64,000 nucleotides of DNA from Botryllus schlosseri (taxonomy: Eukaryota): NCBI GenBank assembly GCA_051294905.1, contig CM119372.1, positions 38,380,001-38,444,000 of the forward strand. Reading direction: 5' to 3'. Below the pieces are notes generated by a model, which was not told the DNA's origin, searched no databases, and worked only from the letters and a program-made list of their open reading frames with translations. Of this stretch, positions 12,406 through 25,348 are shown one piece after another. How positions within the stretch are numbered: the stretch's first letter is position 1; each line of letters opens with the position of its first letter. Made by a program: the position numbers and the translations under genes.

Positions 12406-14399
12406 CATTAATATAGGGCATAGGCTAGCCATCACCTCACTGAAATGAAGGGTTGAAATTAACAATATGACGTCATGGGGTTCACGTTCGCGTTCACACA
12501 GAACCTTTCAAAAGGTTCGCATTCACACGAACCTGAACCTATCAGAGGTTCACACCATCCATAGACGACAGTAGTACTCTTGCTGATCGCAGAAGTTGGA
12601 GAGCACCACAATGCCTTTAATATTGCCACTTTATGCAATTTATAAGCCTTACCTCCTTTGCAGCAGCAAGGAAATAGTTCTTCCAAGATGTATTTGTTCA
12701 ACATAGTCAAAAAGACCGTTATCACCGCCGGCATGATGGCGCTGTTGTTACGAATTAATTGCTTGAAGAACTCGAAAAACGGTGATGCACTAAAAGGCAT
12801 ATTGATTACCTTACTTAATAACCTGTAACCTTTGTCATGATAAAATCGAGAAGTAATATAAATCGTAATATACATAACTATAACTAATTACTATGTTACT
12901 ACTTCTTGCATACTAATGGTCGTTTACATTCCGTTCGTCTCCTAGTGATCTTATGCCTGGAACTTAAGAAACAGCTTATTGCTGGATTTTACGGAGTCTC
13001 TCAACGTTTCTATGGCAGGGTGAAAAATTAATTTTTCCATACGGGCCAAATGAGAAGGCTATAGTTATGGAACTGCTAATGATAACTGTGTAGAGTAGAG
13101 GATATTCTCGCTAACTGATTCTGGATTGCGTCAGACCAGGGTCACTTCCCTTGAAAATATTTCGTCGCGTATGGTAAACTAATATCCAGCACTATCAAAA
13201 ATGGCTGCAAAGTCTTGTGCTCTTCCTCACCACTTACGTTTGTGAACTAGGCTTTTCAAATATTTTAAATTATGCATCATGAAGAACAATTTTCGTGACA
13301 AATGTCGGTCGAACATAATTTACACCTGTGTCGCGCGTGGGCCGTGGAGCAGCGTCAAGCTCATAACTTGAAATAGAGGCGTGAATTGATTGCTAAAAGT
13401 AAATGAGTATACATTTTGCTTTCAAAAGTACGTTCATGACAAACGTTTATTGAAACTCGGAGAACTTTTCTCATGCCACTTATCAAGAGCTACCGTCACG
13501 ACAAAGGAAACAGTGTTGCCAACACCGGGCGAACAAAAATCGTTCAAATTGGGGTTGAAAATCGCTTATAGATGTCGCAAAATTTTGAAAAAAAAAGTCG
13601 CTAAATCTGATGAAATAATTCCAAAGCTGCTGAATTGAGACAGAATATCCAAACATTCTTGGCAGCTGTTTTATTCGACGTCAAACGTCACTAATCATAC
13701 TTTTAGTTCAATAGGCGCAACACGAATTGCCGTTGTAACGGAATTTGAGGAGGTAAATGGCAAGCCTCTATGGCGTGCGTTCTGATACGCAAGGCGGCGT
13801 CACGTTACCTCTGTGGTCGGCGAATAAAATTGGCTTGAACTTTATTCTCCCAATAGATGAAACATCAGCATTTGTCGAATGAGGCAATCAGTTCTTGACG
13901 GCGTAAAAGCGTCGGTAAAAGAACACACACATCGGACGACGGTCTAACTTCTAAAACAACGTTGCAGGCCATGATTGCTTGTGATTGGTGATAAGCGGTG
14001 CCATACCTCCTAGATCTTGCCTTGATCGATGAGTCCGTGAATACTTAATGTGACATATCGATGGTTGCTTTAAGGCGGTTGCCTTTTTCCTCAGTAGTGT
14101 TGGAGTAGTTTAATGCAACATGACATGAACCTACATTGCCGTTCGTTAATTAGCTGGCGAAGTAATCATCGCTACTTACAGTGAGAGTTCACCCAGTTAC
14201 ATTTTTTCCCATTCAACAATTCTGATCTAACCTTTTATAATATATAACATCACTTTATATACTAATATTTATTACATCTATTAGTCTGTTGCCTGTTAAT
14301 ACTTTCAACTTCACAAGGCTGACGCCAATAAATGACTATAGAAGATGATCACCATACCTCCTATCTATTGCTCTACCTCCTTTCGACCTACGTACCTGC

Positions 14400-14757
14400 T
14401 TTTTGAAACGAATATATTGGAAACTGTACGTGGCCATGGTACCAATCAACTCAACAACTTTTGGGGTAGTGGGTAGCTCATACAACATTTTTCATGTCTA
14501 TTCAGACCGAATTTTATCGTCAATATTAACGAGAGCATTTCAAGTTCCAATTTATTGCGGCGCTTCGACTTGACTTCATTCATGCTGATAAACACTCTCT
14601 CGATATCGGCATTCGAGTGCGGCATCAAGTGCACCAAGATGCGGATTGCAAATTCTGCTATTTCTGAGAATTGAATTAGACCCCGATGTATCTTGGCAAT
14701 CCAGTACCTCGGACCAAAATCGTTCGGTGTCGTCTGTGTAACGCCAACTGTTTAGAT
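14400..14757 (-). pseudogene. hAT transposase C-terminal dimerisation-domain remnant
   Basis: FWSEVLDCQDTSG...(frameshift)...LMPHSNADIERVFISMNEVKSKRRNKL matches the PxSNAxxERxFS...K..RN motif. Truncated at 14758 by a CAGTGGTTCTCAAC MITE end. Confidence 0.7.
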
Positions 14758-15603
14758 CAGTGGTTCTCAACCTTTTTGGATGACGGAGCCGCATTTCAAA
14801 CTTCAGAGTACGTATGGAGCCGCATGAAAACAATCGATTATAGGCTACTTATAACGTAAATTGGTGGCGGCCGCGCCTTACAATATAGTCCAGTTCTATC
14901 TCAAATACGGCGTATTTAGTGATATGAGAGTGTAATATTTTAAGAGTACTGACCGTGCTTCCTAACATAGACTGTAAATCGCGTAACGATCCATCAGATT
15001 TGTAGTTATAAAATTATATTAAAATTACATTTGTTGATGCGAGAGAAGTCATAATTTATGAAGACTGTGAAATATAGGCAATTCGATTACTCTGATGTCT
15101 ATATAGGCCTAGTCACTTCACTTGCACGACACTCGAAGATTGCGTTACATCGCTAAGGTCGATTTCCTGTGCCACTATCGATTTATAATGTCTGTATTAC
15201 GGCATTTGATTTTGCTTAGTTAGCAATTGGTTCCGCTGTGACAGCAGACTGGTAGTTTCGCGAACTGGGCGATTTTATTGTATTGCTTTGCATTTACTGC
15301 AAATATTCTGGGCGTCTTGGTAGCGCTTCGGCAATGAACATTGGACATTGGCAATGCTTGGTTAGGAAAGGTAGTGCCAGCGAGGCAATAATTCCTACTT
15401 TATGAACGATTACCGTAAAATTACGTGAATTCACCCTATAGTAGCATAGCATCTTATGAAATACATCGGACCCGGAACTACTTTTCAAACAACTGGTATC
15501 AGCTCCGGCGCTGGCTCCACTTGAATTTTATATAGAGCTCCGGATCCGTTGAAAAGGCATGTCTCCGGGGCTCCGGCTCCTTGATCCGGCTCTGGCTCCT
15601 AAG

Positions 15604-16082
15604 CAGAGATGAGCATGGATTAGGATTAGGATTTGAAAAAAACAGATTTGTGAAATTTTGTCGGATTTGGATTAGATTGAGATTAGAATTTTTTTCTGAA
15701 TGGATTAGGATTTGCATTGGATTTACTGATTTTCTGGGAAATTGAAACGCCGTGTGGCGATTGGCGACAAACTTTATTCAGAACAGTTATTAATGTACTT
15801 ACGGTACACTACACCACGATACACCCGGTACCAATGAACATGAGGGGTGCGGCCAATGCTTAGTTATCATAAATCAAGATAATTGTTGGTTGTGAAAGAG
15901 AAATTTCTAATTCCTGCCTTGCATAAATTAGCATTTTTTTTCTGATTTTCAAGTTAGAATCGGATTAGGATTGGACACGGATTTGAACATACAAACGTTC
16001 TGGATTCGGATTTGGATTAGGATTTGAAGCTTCGGATTTGGATTGGATCAGGACATAGAAATTCCAAATCCGCTCATCTCTG
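15604..16082 (+). mobile_element. hAT MITE with GGATTA/GGATTT repeats
   Basis: TIR CAGAGATGAGC / GCTCATCTCTG. Perfect TSD CTCCTAAG. Inserted into the terminus of a GGCTCC-repeat element that ends at ~16095. Confidence 0.9.
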
Positions 16083-16334
16083 CTCCTAAGCCCTGGTTAC
16101 AACTGGTGATATAATTCGCAAATAAAATACTTTCCAAAATACTGACATTGGTGACCGCGAAGAGGAAATATACTGAGAAGCAGCTCAAATATAGAGGTAT
16201 AAATATATTTAAAAACATATATGTTTTAAATACATATTTTATAATTAGATATATTTCCAAAGTGGTTCCCAACCGTGGGGAAATTCCCCCCTTAGGAGGA
16301 ATTTTGAGATTTTTAGAGTGATTTTAGCTTTAGG

Positions 16335-16660
16335 TAGAGTTACCATACGTCCTCTTTTCAGAGGATTTGTCCTCTTTTCTAACTGTTTTGAATGTGTTCT
16401 CGGAGGACGCCCTATTGTCCTCTTTTTTGAGAATTTTGGTTACATTTATAGCGAAATTTGACTGAGATCCCGTAAATCTGCACTGAAGTGACGCTCCGGC
16501 GGGTGTTTCGGGAGCCGAGTGGAAAGTTGACCTTTTTTTAGTCGAACTACCTCAAAGTGGGGAAAATTTACCATTTTTTGAGAATTCTCCTCAGGTTTTG
16601 CAAGTCTTAAAACTCTGAAAAAGTGTCCTCTTTTCAGATTTCCAAAATATGGTAGCCCTA
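16335..16660 (+). mobile_element. hAT MITE of the TAGGGTTACCAT family
   Basis: TAGAGTTACCATA ... TATGGTAGCCCTA. TSD GCTTTAGG / GCTTCAGG. Confidence 0.82.
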
Positions 16661-17057
16661 GCTTCAGGGTTGTAACGGATGATACACTGGTTTCACAAGA
16701 TTTTCAGATTTTTATGGTAGAACTATGAAACTACTCTTCTATAATTGTATGCTTCTTTTCGCAGATATTTAGGTAGCTGTAAATGCTTTTAAAAACCTGG
16801 CCTTTCAGTACAAATTCTAACCCCTTAAAAAGTGAGGCTCGCGAGACGATTTCGTTGAGCCGGCGACATCTTCTCGACCAAATTATTATTAAGTAGGGAA
16901 AGTCATGCCGAATTCACAGCACAAGGCCACTGGCGAAAATGTTTTGAGAGTTTTTAAGTAAACATCTGAGCTAACGTGAAAAACATATGAATTTCATCAA
17001 TTCAAGTCAAGACCATCGCAAAGCGAACTTGGTGATTTACTATTCGTGAGCAGCTAC

Positions 17058-17468
17058 CAGAGATGAGCATGGATTAGGATTAGGATTTGAAAAAGCAGGA
17101 TTTGTGAAATTTTGTCGGATTTGGATTGGATTAGGATTAGAGATTTTTTTCTGAACGGATTAGGATTTGGATTGGATTTACCAATTTTCTGGGAGATTAA
17201 TGTGTCGTGTGGCGAATGGCGACAAACTTTATTCAGATCAGTTATTGATGTACTTATAGTACACTACACTATGGTTCACTCGGTGCAAATGAACATGAGA
17301 GATGCAGCCCTATGCTAAGCCCTAAGCATTTTTTCTGAATTTTAAGTTGGAATCGGATTAGGATTGGACATGGACTTGAATATGAAAATTTTTTGGATTA
17401 GGTTTGGATTTGAAGTTTCGGATTTGGATTGGATTAGGACATACAAATTCCAAATCCGCTCATCTCAG
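17058..17468 (+). mobile_element. Second copy of the GGATTA-repeat hAT MITE
   Basis: CAGAGATGAGC...GCTCATCTCAG. TSD GCAGCTAC / GAAGCTAC. Collinear with 15604-16082 apart from an internal deletion. Confidence 0.85.
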
Positions 17469-17979
17469 GAAGCTACCCGACCGGTAAAAAACAAGCAAAA
17501 TTTAGCGTAATGTTGCCACAATGGAAAGTGGCCACCTAATTTTTATGATTTATAGTTATTTTCTAAATAACAGGTACACCTAGTGTTGAATAATTGATAT
17601 GAAAGTAGCCTCGGTACTTTACCGAAAGGAAATGGGATTCTCATTTGACATAGTTTGGGCATATCGGAATATTTTTGGGCATATATATTGCTCAGTCAAC
17701 AAATGGCTGTGCGTCACAAAACACCTTAGTAGTCACCGGCCACATTTTCGTAGGGGGGATGTTTTCCGAAATATCGGCCAAAGGGTTCCATGAGACGAAA
17801 AAGGTTGGGAACCAATGTGCTAGTCAATTATCTGTAACTACGTATTGTCGCGGCAAAGTAGATTTAACGGAATCAAAACGAAGCTTCTGGCAGTACAGAA
17901 TACATATTCTTCGAAATGCATTATGTGATATAGTTATAGCAATTGTGGAGTAAGCAGAGACGAGGTGGAGCACTCAACG

Positions 17980-18459
17980 TAGGGTTGTAATGACTCGAGT
18001 CACGATTTTCTGGTGATTCGACTTGGACTCGAGTCATTGCGCATGACTCGAACCAAGTCATATGAATCGACACTAGGACTGCCAAGACCGACATTTCATT
18101 GTAATTCCGGAGAATAGTAAAGTAAGCACATTAGTAGGATTTCGTCCATTGGTACTGGTATTTCAAAATGCGGCCAGAAACTGCTAAAAGCGAGAAAAAT
18201 TAGTATATTATAAATGCGAACAATTCTATATCACCAAACAGAGTTATAAAAAGTGGGTTTAACAAGACTTTAACTGGAAACTGAGCAGTCAACACTCTGA
18301 CTTGGACTCGAGTCATAATACCATGACTCGAACTCGACGCTCTACTCGCTGACTTGGACTCGGACTTGACTCGTTGATGAATCGAAAATGACTCGATTCA
18401 AATCTATAACAGTGAGATCGACTTGTGACTCGGAGCCTTGTGACTTGGTTACAACCCTG
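17980..18459 (-). mobile_element. hAT MITE of the GACTCGAGTC family
   Basis: TAGGGTTGTAA...TTACAACCCTG. Inverted homolog of 33496-33982. No TSD recovered. A further partial copy lies at ~23840-24236. Confidence 0.75.
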
Positions 18460-20428
18460 CATAACACAGAGTCTTTTGGGGCAGATTTTAGTTATCTTGA
18501 ACATTTTTTCTCTCTCCGCGCTATTTACCATGACGTAATTACTTGATTTTGGGAAACCCACAAAAATATCTATACGAAAACCTAATATCGTATGAAACCG
18601 TTTGGATGCTTCTGTCTAGGAGTGTGCACTGTGCAGCCTGTGGTACCGGCAATATTTTTTATGGACCAGTATTTTGGCGCTGGGCATTTTCACGTTGGGA
18701 TACACACATTTCGGACAAAATGCAACTGCTGCGTGCGGTGTATGAGTTGCAAACATGATTGGAAGCGATAACACATTGCATATGATAACCACCGCATGTT
18801 GACCAAAACGTTCGACATTGATATGTCCACTGTCCAGGCGCCGAAATCGGGGATGTATAGAGTTCTATAATTCCCTAGCCAAAATGACCGGCGCGATCAG
18901 TCCAGCGCCCGCACCCTGAGCTGCACGTCCTAAATGAGATCCACACAAATAAATGAGTCCCGTCCCGTGTCGAAATGTGGATTTTAAATTGTGTTCGTCG
19001 CGCGAAAGGATATATTGTTTTAGTTTCGTCTGATACGTGTATAAGCAATTCTAATATATCTGGAGCAACGACAACCTTTACCGCTATACCGCGATCTTTG
19101 AAGCTTTGCATACAAATATAGTGTCAGACAACTTAATTGTGACCGGAAACCGACTTGCATGATACAGGGTTTGGGACAATTTTTATCATTGGGCAATCTC
19201 ATCATAACATTTTTGATGGGCCTGTCACTTATTGACTCTGGTACTGAACATGGTTGACTAGGAAACGATCAAGGAAACCACAGAAGATCGACCATTACGC
19301 GACTAAATTTAAATTAGGCACATATATTACGTACATTAGGCGGCAGGTCTAGGGCGACAACGACCAAGATTGATACGCTTCACGACCAATACTGTAAGAT
19401 TCACTGACGTAACCAATGCCGTTACCAGCTGCAGGTAGGTGGTTCTTGTGATTCCTTGTTCGAAACGCTAAATATGACAAAATAAAAATAGTTTTCATGC
19501 AGATTAGTAATACTTTACAATTGTTTGATATTTTGGCACGCTGCCTACGAACGGTTACCGGCCCCTGGTTTATACCTTCCGAATCCTTTGAATGGCTATG
19601 CTGACCATGTTTCACAGCTCCCACTACAGTATTGTTGGCCTGAGAACTATTTCCTGAGGCGAAACTACGAACGCAGACTTTACCATGTTTTTTTGTTAAA
19701 CGACTATTCGCCGCGTCTTTATCACTGCTGCTTGATGTTAGCGGAGCAGTGGTTTTGCGCTTCGCTGATGAAACTCCCTTCATCCCCTCCATCTACCTTA
19801 TTTGGTAGTGGGACAATGTTGAACTAAACTAACTTACTGAACAGTACCCCTGAGATACGTAATCACTACAAACGACTAGGAACACTCTCACCGTATGCTA
19901 TAAACCTCCGACGAGATCAACGTATTTATTGGTTCACACCGCGACGAAGGTTGAGTTTGACACCCCTGATCTACACCAACAATGGGCGGCGCGCGGTGGC
20001 ACCAGCATATGCGATTTGTTATCGAATTTTCTGTAGTCTGTGTATCAACCCTCTGCTGATCGCCTCATACCTTAGTTGGAATATGCGGGTCAATATCCTA
20101 TCCATATCCTGTCATCAACGTGACATCAATGCACGAGCCTGTGTGCGTCATGTCGTTGTATCGACGTCAGATTTTTCAGGATAGTAAAGCTGCACTGCAT
20201 ATACATAATATCGTTGCTGCATCCATTCTAACTACACAAATCAAGAGTAATATTCAGCATGCATTTCGGGACTCAGAAATCCCCAAAATCCCGACTTCCG
20301 ACTTTTTATGGGAAATGTAATCAGGGGTGTCTAATCCGTAGTCCGCATGGTATTTGTCGAAATGTCTCACATCAACAACTTATAATCGCTTACGTATGGC
20401 CTTCTTTTTCTACTACTCTATATATTAG

Positions 20429-20605
20429 CAGTGTTCAGATCAAGTCACGGCGACTTTCGAGTCACGAGTCATCTCAAGTCATTTCACATTTGGACTCGAG
20501 TCAAGTCAAGTCAATCGATTTTCGAAGGTGACTCGAGTCAAGTCACGAGTCAAGTAACAATTCAAGTCACATTGAATTTTTAAAATATGAGTGATGATTC
20601 GAATT
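20429..20605 (-). repeat. End fragment of the CAGTGTTGGGAT hAT family
   Basis: Reverse complement of the right end of 52285-53166. Internal homology resumes at ~23600-23830, after several nested inserts. Confidence 0.65.
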
Positions 20606-21403
20606 CATTACATTCTGGCAGTTTTGTAAAAAACAGATTTATCCTGAATCAGATAACGGATATGAAGGTGAATGTACATAGAAAAAGGCCTGAAGGATTT
20701 CTGCAAGCGAGGCGACGCAATGACGCACAAAGATATCATTTATATATTATGCTCTTTTTTCAAGTAAACGAACTCGTAGACCAGGGGTTCTCAACCGGTG
20801 TGCCGCGGCACACTAGTGTGCCAATTGGACTGCTCAGGTGTGCCGCGAGCAAATGTGGTAAACTAGACCGAAGTATAAAACAAATACAAATTTTGAGTGT
20901 GACATTGATGATTTTTCTCTTGAATTTACCCGATCAATACACGCGGTGTAAAACCGGACGCAGTGAATAGATACAAGGATGTCGAGACGAACATAGTTAC
21001 GGTATCTCAATCTAGTATCTCAATCTGGCATCCCCATTAGGTCATGGATTGGGTCTTTCTCTGGGCTTTTTACTGTAATAACGCTCTGTGAACAGCAACG
21101 TACAGGGGTGGACAATCTCATAAATCTGCGACGCTTCGTAACTTGATACTGCACTGCCATCAATCCAACTGGAGCCTCCACCGTCAATGGGTGTTATACG
21201 CTAGCCCACATATATTAACTAAGCTCGGGCAATTAGACCGTGAGTTCGAGGTGTGACCGAAGGTGTTAACCTTTTACTTGTCCCCCCCCCCCCCATCAGA
21301 ACAAAAGGCAGAACAGGGACATGACGCAGGTTGATGACCTTTATTTGTTGCTATTTGTAGTCGTATTATTGCCATGTCTTCGTCATCGATGATTATTTTA
21401 CAC

Positions 21404-21708
21404 TAGGGTTACCATATTTTGGAAATCTGAAAAGAGGACAATTTTTCAGAATTTTCAGCCCAAAATACAGTATTTTCCTCCACGTTATCAGGTGGTTGGC
21501 TAAAAAAGGTCAACTTTTCACTCATCTCCCGAAATACCCACCGGGGCGTCACTATACGGTGCTGATTTACGGCATGTCAGTCGTAGTTTGCTATAGATAT
21601 GATTAAAATTCTCAAAAAAGAGGACAAAATCTTAAAAAAAGAGGACAAAAGGGCGTGCTCCGAGGACACTTTCAAAAAAGTATGAAAAGAGGACGTATGG
21701 TAACCCTA
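21404..21708 (-). mobile_element. hAT MITE of the TAGGGTTACCAT family
   Basis: Perfect TIR TAGGGTTACCATA / TATGGTAACCCTA. Perfect TSD TTTTACAC. Confidence 0.9.
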
Positions 21709-22305
21709 TTTTACACCATACCGATATTATTATTTGATTCCTGAGATGCCAACTTATAGCACGGTCTACTTTTCGCCAGACACCATCGAAAAATGAACTC
21801 ATTTGGAGGCGATGTTCACGCTTACAAATTAGAATTGCCAACATGGCCATTCACAATGCGATTGCTAGGTAGCGTGCCAGCACTACAGTTGAATGTAGGC
21901 TCATGGCGCAACGTTATGTTGCAGGCCACAAATTTGAGAATTGAGAAGTAGCCTAAAGTTGATCAAATGATATCAGCTAACAAATTTCCCCGCCGCTGAA
22001 CTATATTATCCCGGTTTGTTGGAATTACAATTGAACTGCGCATAGTTCGACGTTGTTAAGTGTATTATGAGAGAGTTTATATTCTCAAGACAGCTATGTA
22101 CGCCTAGACTTCGCAATAGTATAGTGGAGATCACCGTGGAATTATACGTAATCAAAGTTAGTTCAAATCCATCAAACGCCAGTTTCGGAAAATGTACCAT
22201 TACCAAACTCAACAACAAACAAATGAAGGAGTTGGAGAAACATTAGTTATTCTAATTTGCCGTGGGACATGCTGGCGAATTCTTTGCTGCAAGCTGCGAC
22301 AAATC

Positions 22306-22683
22306 AAAGCAATATAATATATGAACACGTGCCGATGTGACAGTCGGTATGCAGGTCGCACGTCTCAGCGCTTGCAGCAAAGAATTCGCCAGCATGTCCC
22401 ACGGCAAATTAGAATAACTAATGTTTCTCCAACTCCTTCATCGCCGTCTGTTGACAAACTGCGTGATTATGATCAAGTTACTGCTTGTAATTCGGCTATT
22501 GGACAGCATCTCTTATCCCATCCAGAATGTGCTGATCATTACAATGTCAGTCAATTTTCTATAGTTGCTCGTGGACGTTCTCTTTTTCATTTAAAGGTCC
22601 TGGAATCTACGATCATAAAGCTGCGAAAGCCGATTCTCTGTCGCCAGAAGGAACGCCTCTACACTCTTGGAATATTTCATTAA
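22306..22683 (+). pseudogene. Penelope-type GIY-YIG endonuclease fragment
   Basis: NIIYMNTCRCDSRYAGRTSQRLQQRIRQH...SAIGQHL...F.I.....LESTIIKLRKPILCRQKE fits the IY..C.C...Y.G.T...L..R..QH...E...I...P pattern of the Penelope endonuclease. No reverse transcriptase upstream. Confidence 0.85.
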
Positions 22684-22855
22684 TGTTATGTGTTGTGGTT
22701 TCGGTAATTTATAACCGAATATGTACTCGTTAACGTTTGTTTTGCACCGTAACTACCGTATCTTGCCCGTCTACTAGTTGTTTGTTTTTGTTATTATTAC
22801 GTCATACGGACAAAATAGTTCTTACATTTCGAATTTGATTCACCCATCACTGACG

Positions 22856-22895
22856 TTCGCTACTGATGAGAGTCAGTCGAAAAGGTTTTAGCGAA
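22856..22895 (+). ncRNA. Minimal type I hammerhead ribozyme motif
   Basis: TTCGCTA-CTGATGA-GAgtcagTC-GAAA-AGGT-TT-TAGCGAA: 7-bp stem I, conserved CUGAUGA and GAAA core, 2-bp stem II, near-palindromic stem III. Confidence 0.75.
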
Positions 22896-25348
22896 TAAAT
22901 TAACAATATGAAGTTATTGTTTCGCGTTATTCTGAAGTTCTGTACCACAAATCACTTGTTATCAATTTGCAAGTTAGATTGAGGTAAAGAGCCGAACACG
23001 CATTATCGTGACTTTATTTGCTCTTTTTATATAGCCTACTTACGAGACAGAAAATGGGAAATCGAGAAAAAAAGTTGGAGCAATGTATCATAAGGTAGCG
23101 AATTCTAATATGCCTAATCTCCTTGATCGTTTTGGACCTTATTTTCCAAGACATTAGGTAAAAACCACAACACAAACATGTGGTTTTTTCACCCTCTCGA
23201 CAAACTCCGGGACCTTTGTGTCAGCTCTCAAAAACAATTTCTGCCAGCAAGCATTCTTCACTCGCGAAAAATACGCTGTTTTGGATAGGACTGCAGAACA
23301 GATTTCACGACCTCTCCATCCAAGCACTATTACTATTATTCTTGTACAAAATCCAACAACTTTTTTGGCCGATAAGGGGTTTCGTGGAATAGTTGAATGC
23401 AAAACGAGGGGGAAAAGTTGCCTTTTTAATGAGACACTCGACAGCTAAAGCTATAGTAGCCAATTTGTTGCACATCCGAAAAAAATATCGTCAAGTATCG
23501 TCATCTTCTTTGTATAACAATTTTTAATTGGTTTGTGCGAATGAAATTTATTTTACAAAAGAAGCGTGATTGGAGCTCAAACATGCTGCAAAGCACTGAA
23601 TTAAATCATACAAAAGGGTTGGTAAAGGTGAGCACTGCGCAATGTAGCCTAAGCACTGAGCCATCTAAGAAACAGAGTTACGTTGTTATTAGAATATTCT
23701 ACTACTACTACGTGATTAAGCCGTGATTTTTTTGTTTGCGGCCAACTTATTTGTGATTTAGCAATGGAGGATAAGTGAAACGTACAATCAGGGAATGACT
23801 GCTGGTTTCTCTCTCAAATCGCAAAGAAGTCCGCCAGGCGCCAAGACCAACATTTCATTGTAATTTCGAAGAATTAAAGAACCAACACCATTGCGATTTC
23901 GTCTATTGGTACTGGTACTTGAAATTGCGACCATAAACTGCTAGAAGTGAGAAAAATTAGTAGATATAGATGCGAATCATTCGATATCACCTAACAGAGT
24001 TACAAAAATTGGGTTTAACAAGACTTTAACAGGGAACTGAGCAGTCCACACAATGACTTGGACTCGGACTCTAGTCATAATACCATGACTCGGACTCGAC
24101 CCTCTGCTCGATGACTTGGACTCGGACTGGACTCAGTGATGAATTGAAAATGACTCAACTTGACTCGAGTCAAAACTATGAAAGTTAGAATGACTTGTGA
24201 CTCGGAGCCTTGTGACTTGCGTTGGTTAAAACCCTGACTCAAAGTGACATTGAACTCAGTCACTTTTATACGCCGTCACGCATTGAAACCGTGAGAATTC
24301 CGTTTTTTCGTGGAAGGGTTCGAATAAAAGACACTTTCTACCAGAGAATGTATGGAAGTATCTTTCATTGCACTACAACAAATTTTAATTATTTGTGCCA
24401 TAATGTGAAATGTAACTACTGGGATTCTTCATAGGTCCCGATGTTGTTAAAATAATGTTTTTTTTTCATGTAAAGATCTGTCATTTTTCACATCAAAAAG
24501 TTTTTCTCAGGCCAAGCTACTTAGAGAGTCGGAGTCTTTATTTTCATCTAATCAAAATACATAAAAACAGACGGCAATGATGGTGGTACAGAAAATGTGC
24601 ATGCACAGTATTTGGTATCAGATAGGAATGATCGATTTACGACCGTGAAGGTCAACTAGTCTGATTATACCAGCATCAAACAAGTGCACTTGACTCTACA
24701 GTCTGGCTAATAACACTGTGCGGCATTTGAAAATTAATTTTCAAAGATCAAAGACGTTTTAACTGTTTTTGGAACAATTTTTTGCGCTGAACTCAAAAAT
24801 GCAACCAGTTTTTTTTTAATTTAATCAGGTCAAATTTACTTATTTAACTATGCAAGCTTTTGGTCATTATTGTAAAAAAAGAAACTAATTTTTTGGTAGC
24901 TTAATTGGTCATGATAGTGGTGAATTTTTTCAAGATGGTATTTTAATTTCAATTCAATCTTTTTGTAATGATATATATCCGCTTTAAATACTACTGCAAC
25001 ATTATAATACAGTTGAAATAAAGCACTTACAACCAACCAAGAAATCATAATTTTGTTCAATGGCGCTCAACCTAACAGAAGAAGGTAGAAGTTAATATGT
25101 TACACTATAGATACGTAAATAATATAAGATACAAACGATCTACGCTGACTATAAATGTCGCTTTAAAGATTCTCTTCCGTGTTTGGAGTTATGTGCAGAT
25201 CTCTCTTCAAGCACCAACGGCAATAATCTGCAAACATGTTTATGTCCGTGTATCTTAGATACATTTCTTCCATCTGGCGAAGGTCTTGGTGGAATCTCTC
25301 TTCTTGTTCTTCGCTGTAATCACCACAGTTGACTGGAAAGTAATAGTA

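Larger units (their letters stand above)
22223..22960 (+). mobile_element. 5'-truncated Penelope-like retroelement (right boundary approximate)
   Basis: GIY-YIG coding fragment, 72-bp inverted duplication at the 5' junction, hammerhead motif and AATAAA at the 3' side. Confidence 0.8.

Noticed and set aside
15610..17460. Telomeric repeats (GGATTA)n
   Set aside because: They are short degenerate runs inside TIR/TSD-bounded MITEs.
14758..17819. One Charlie element spanning CAGTGGTTCTCAAC to GTTGGGAACCAATG
   Set aside because: The flanking 8-mers do not match and another left end lies at ~16260, so the pairing is ambiguous.
18700..19830. LINE ORF1 / APE-endonuclease remnant (ORF 19349-19792 and ICNVLSL..LSE)
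   Set aside because: The motifs are too degraded to support without a search.
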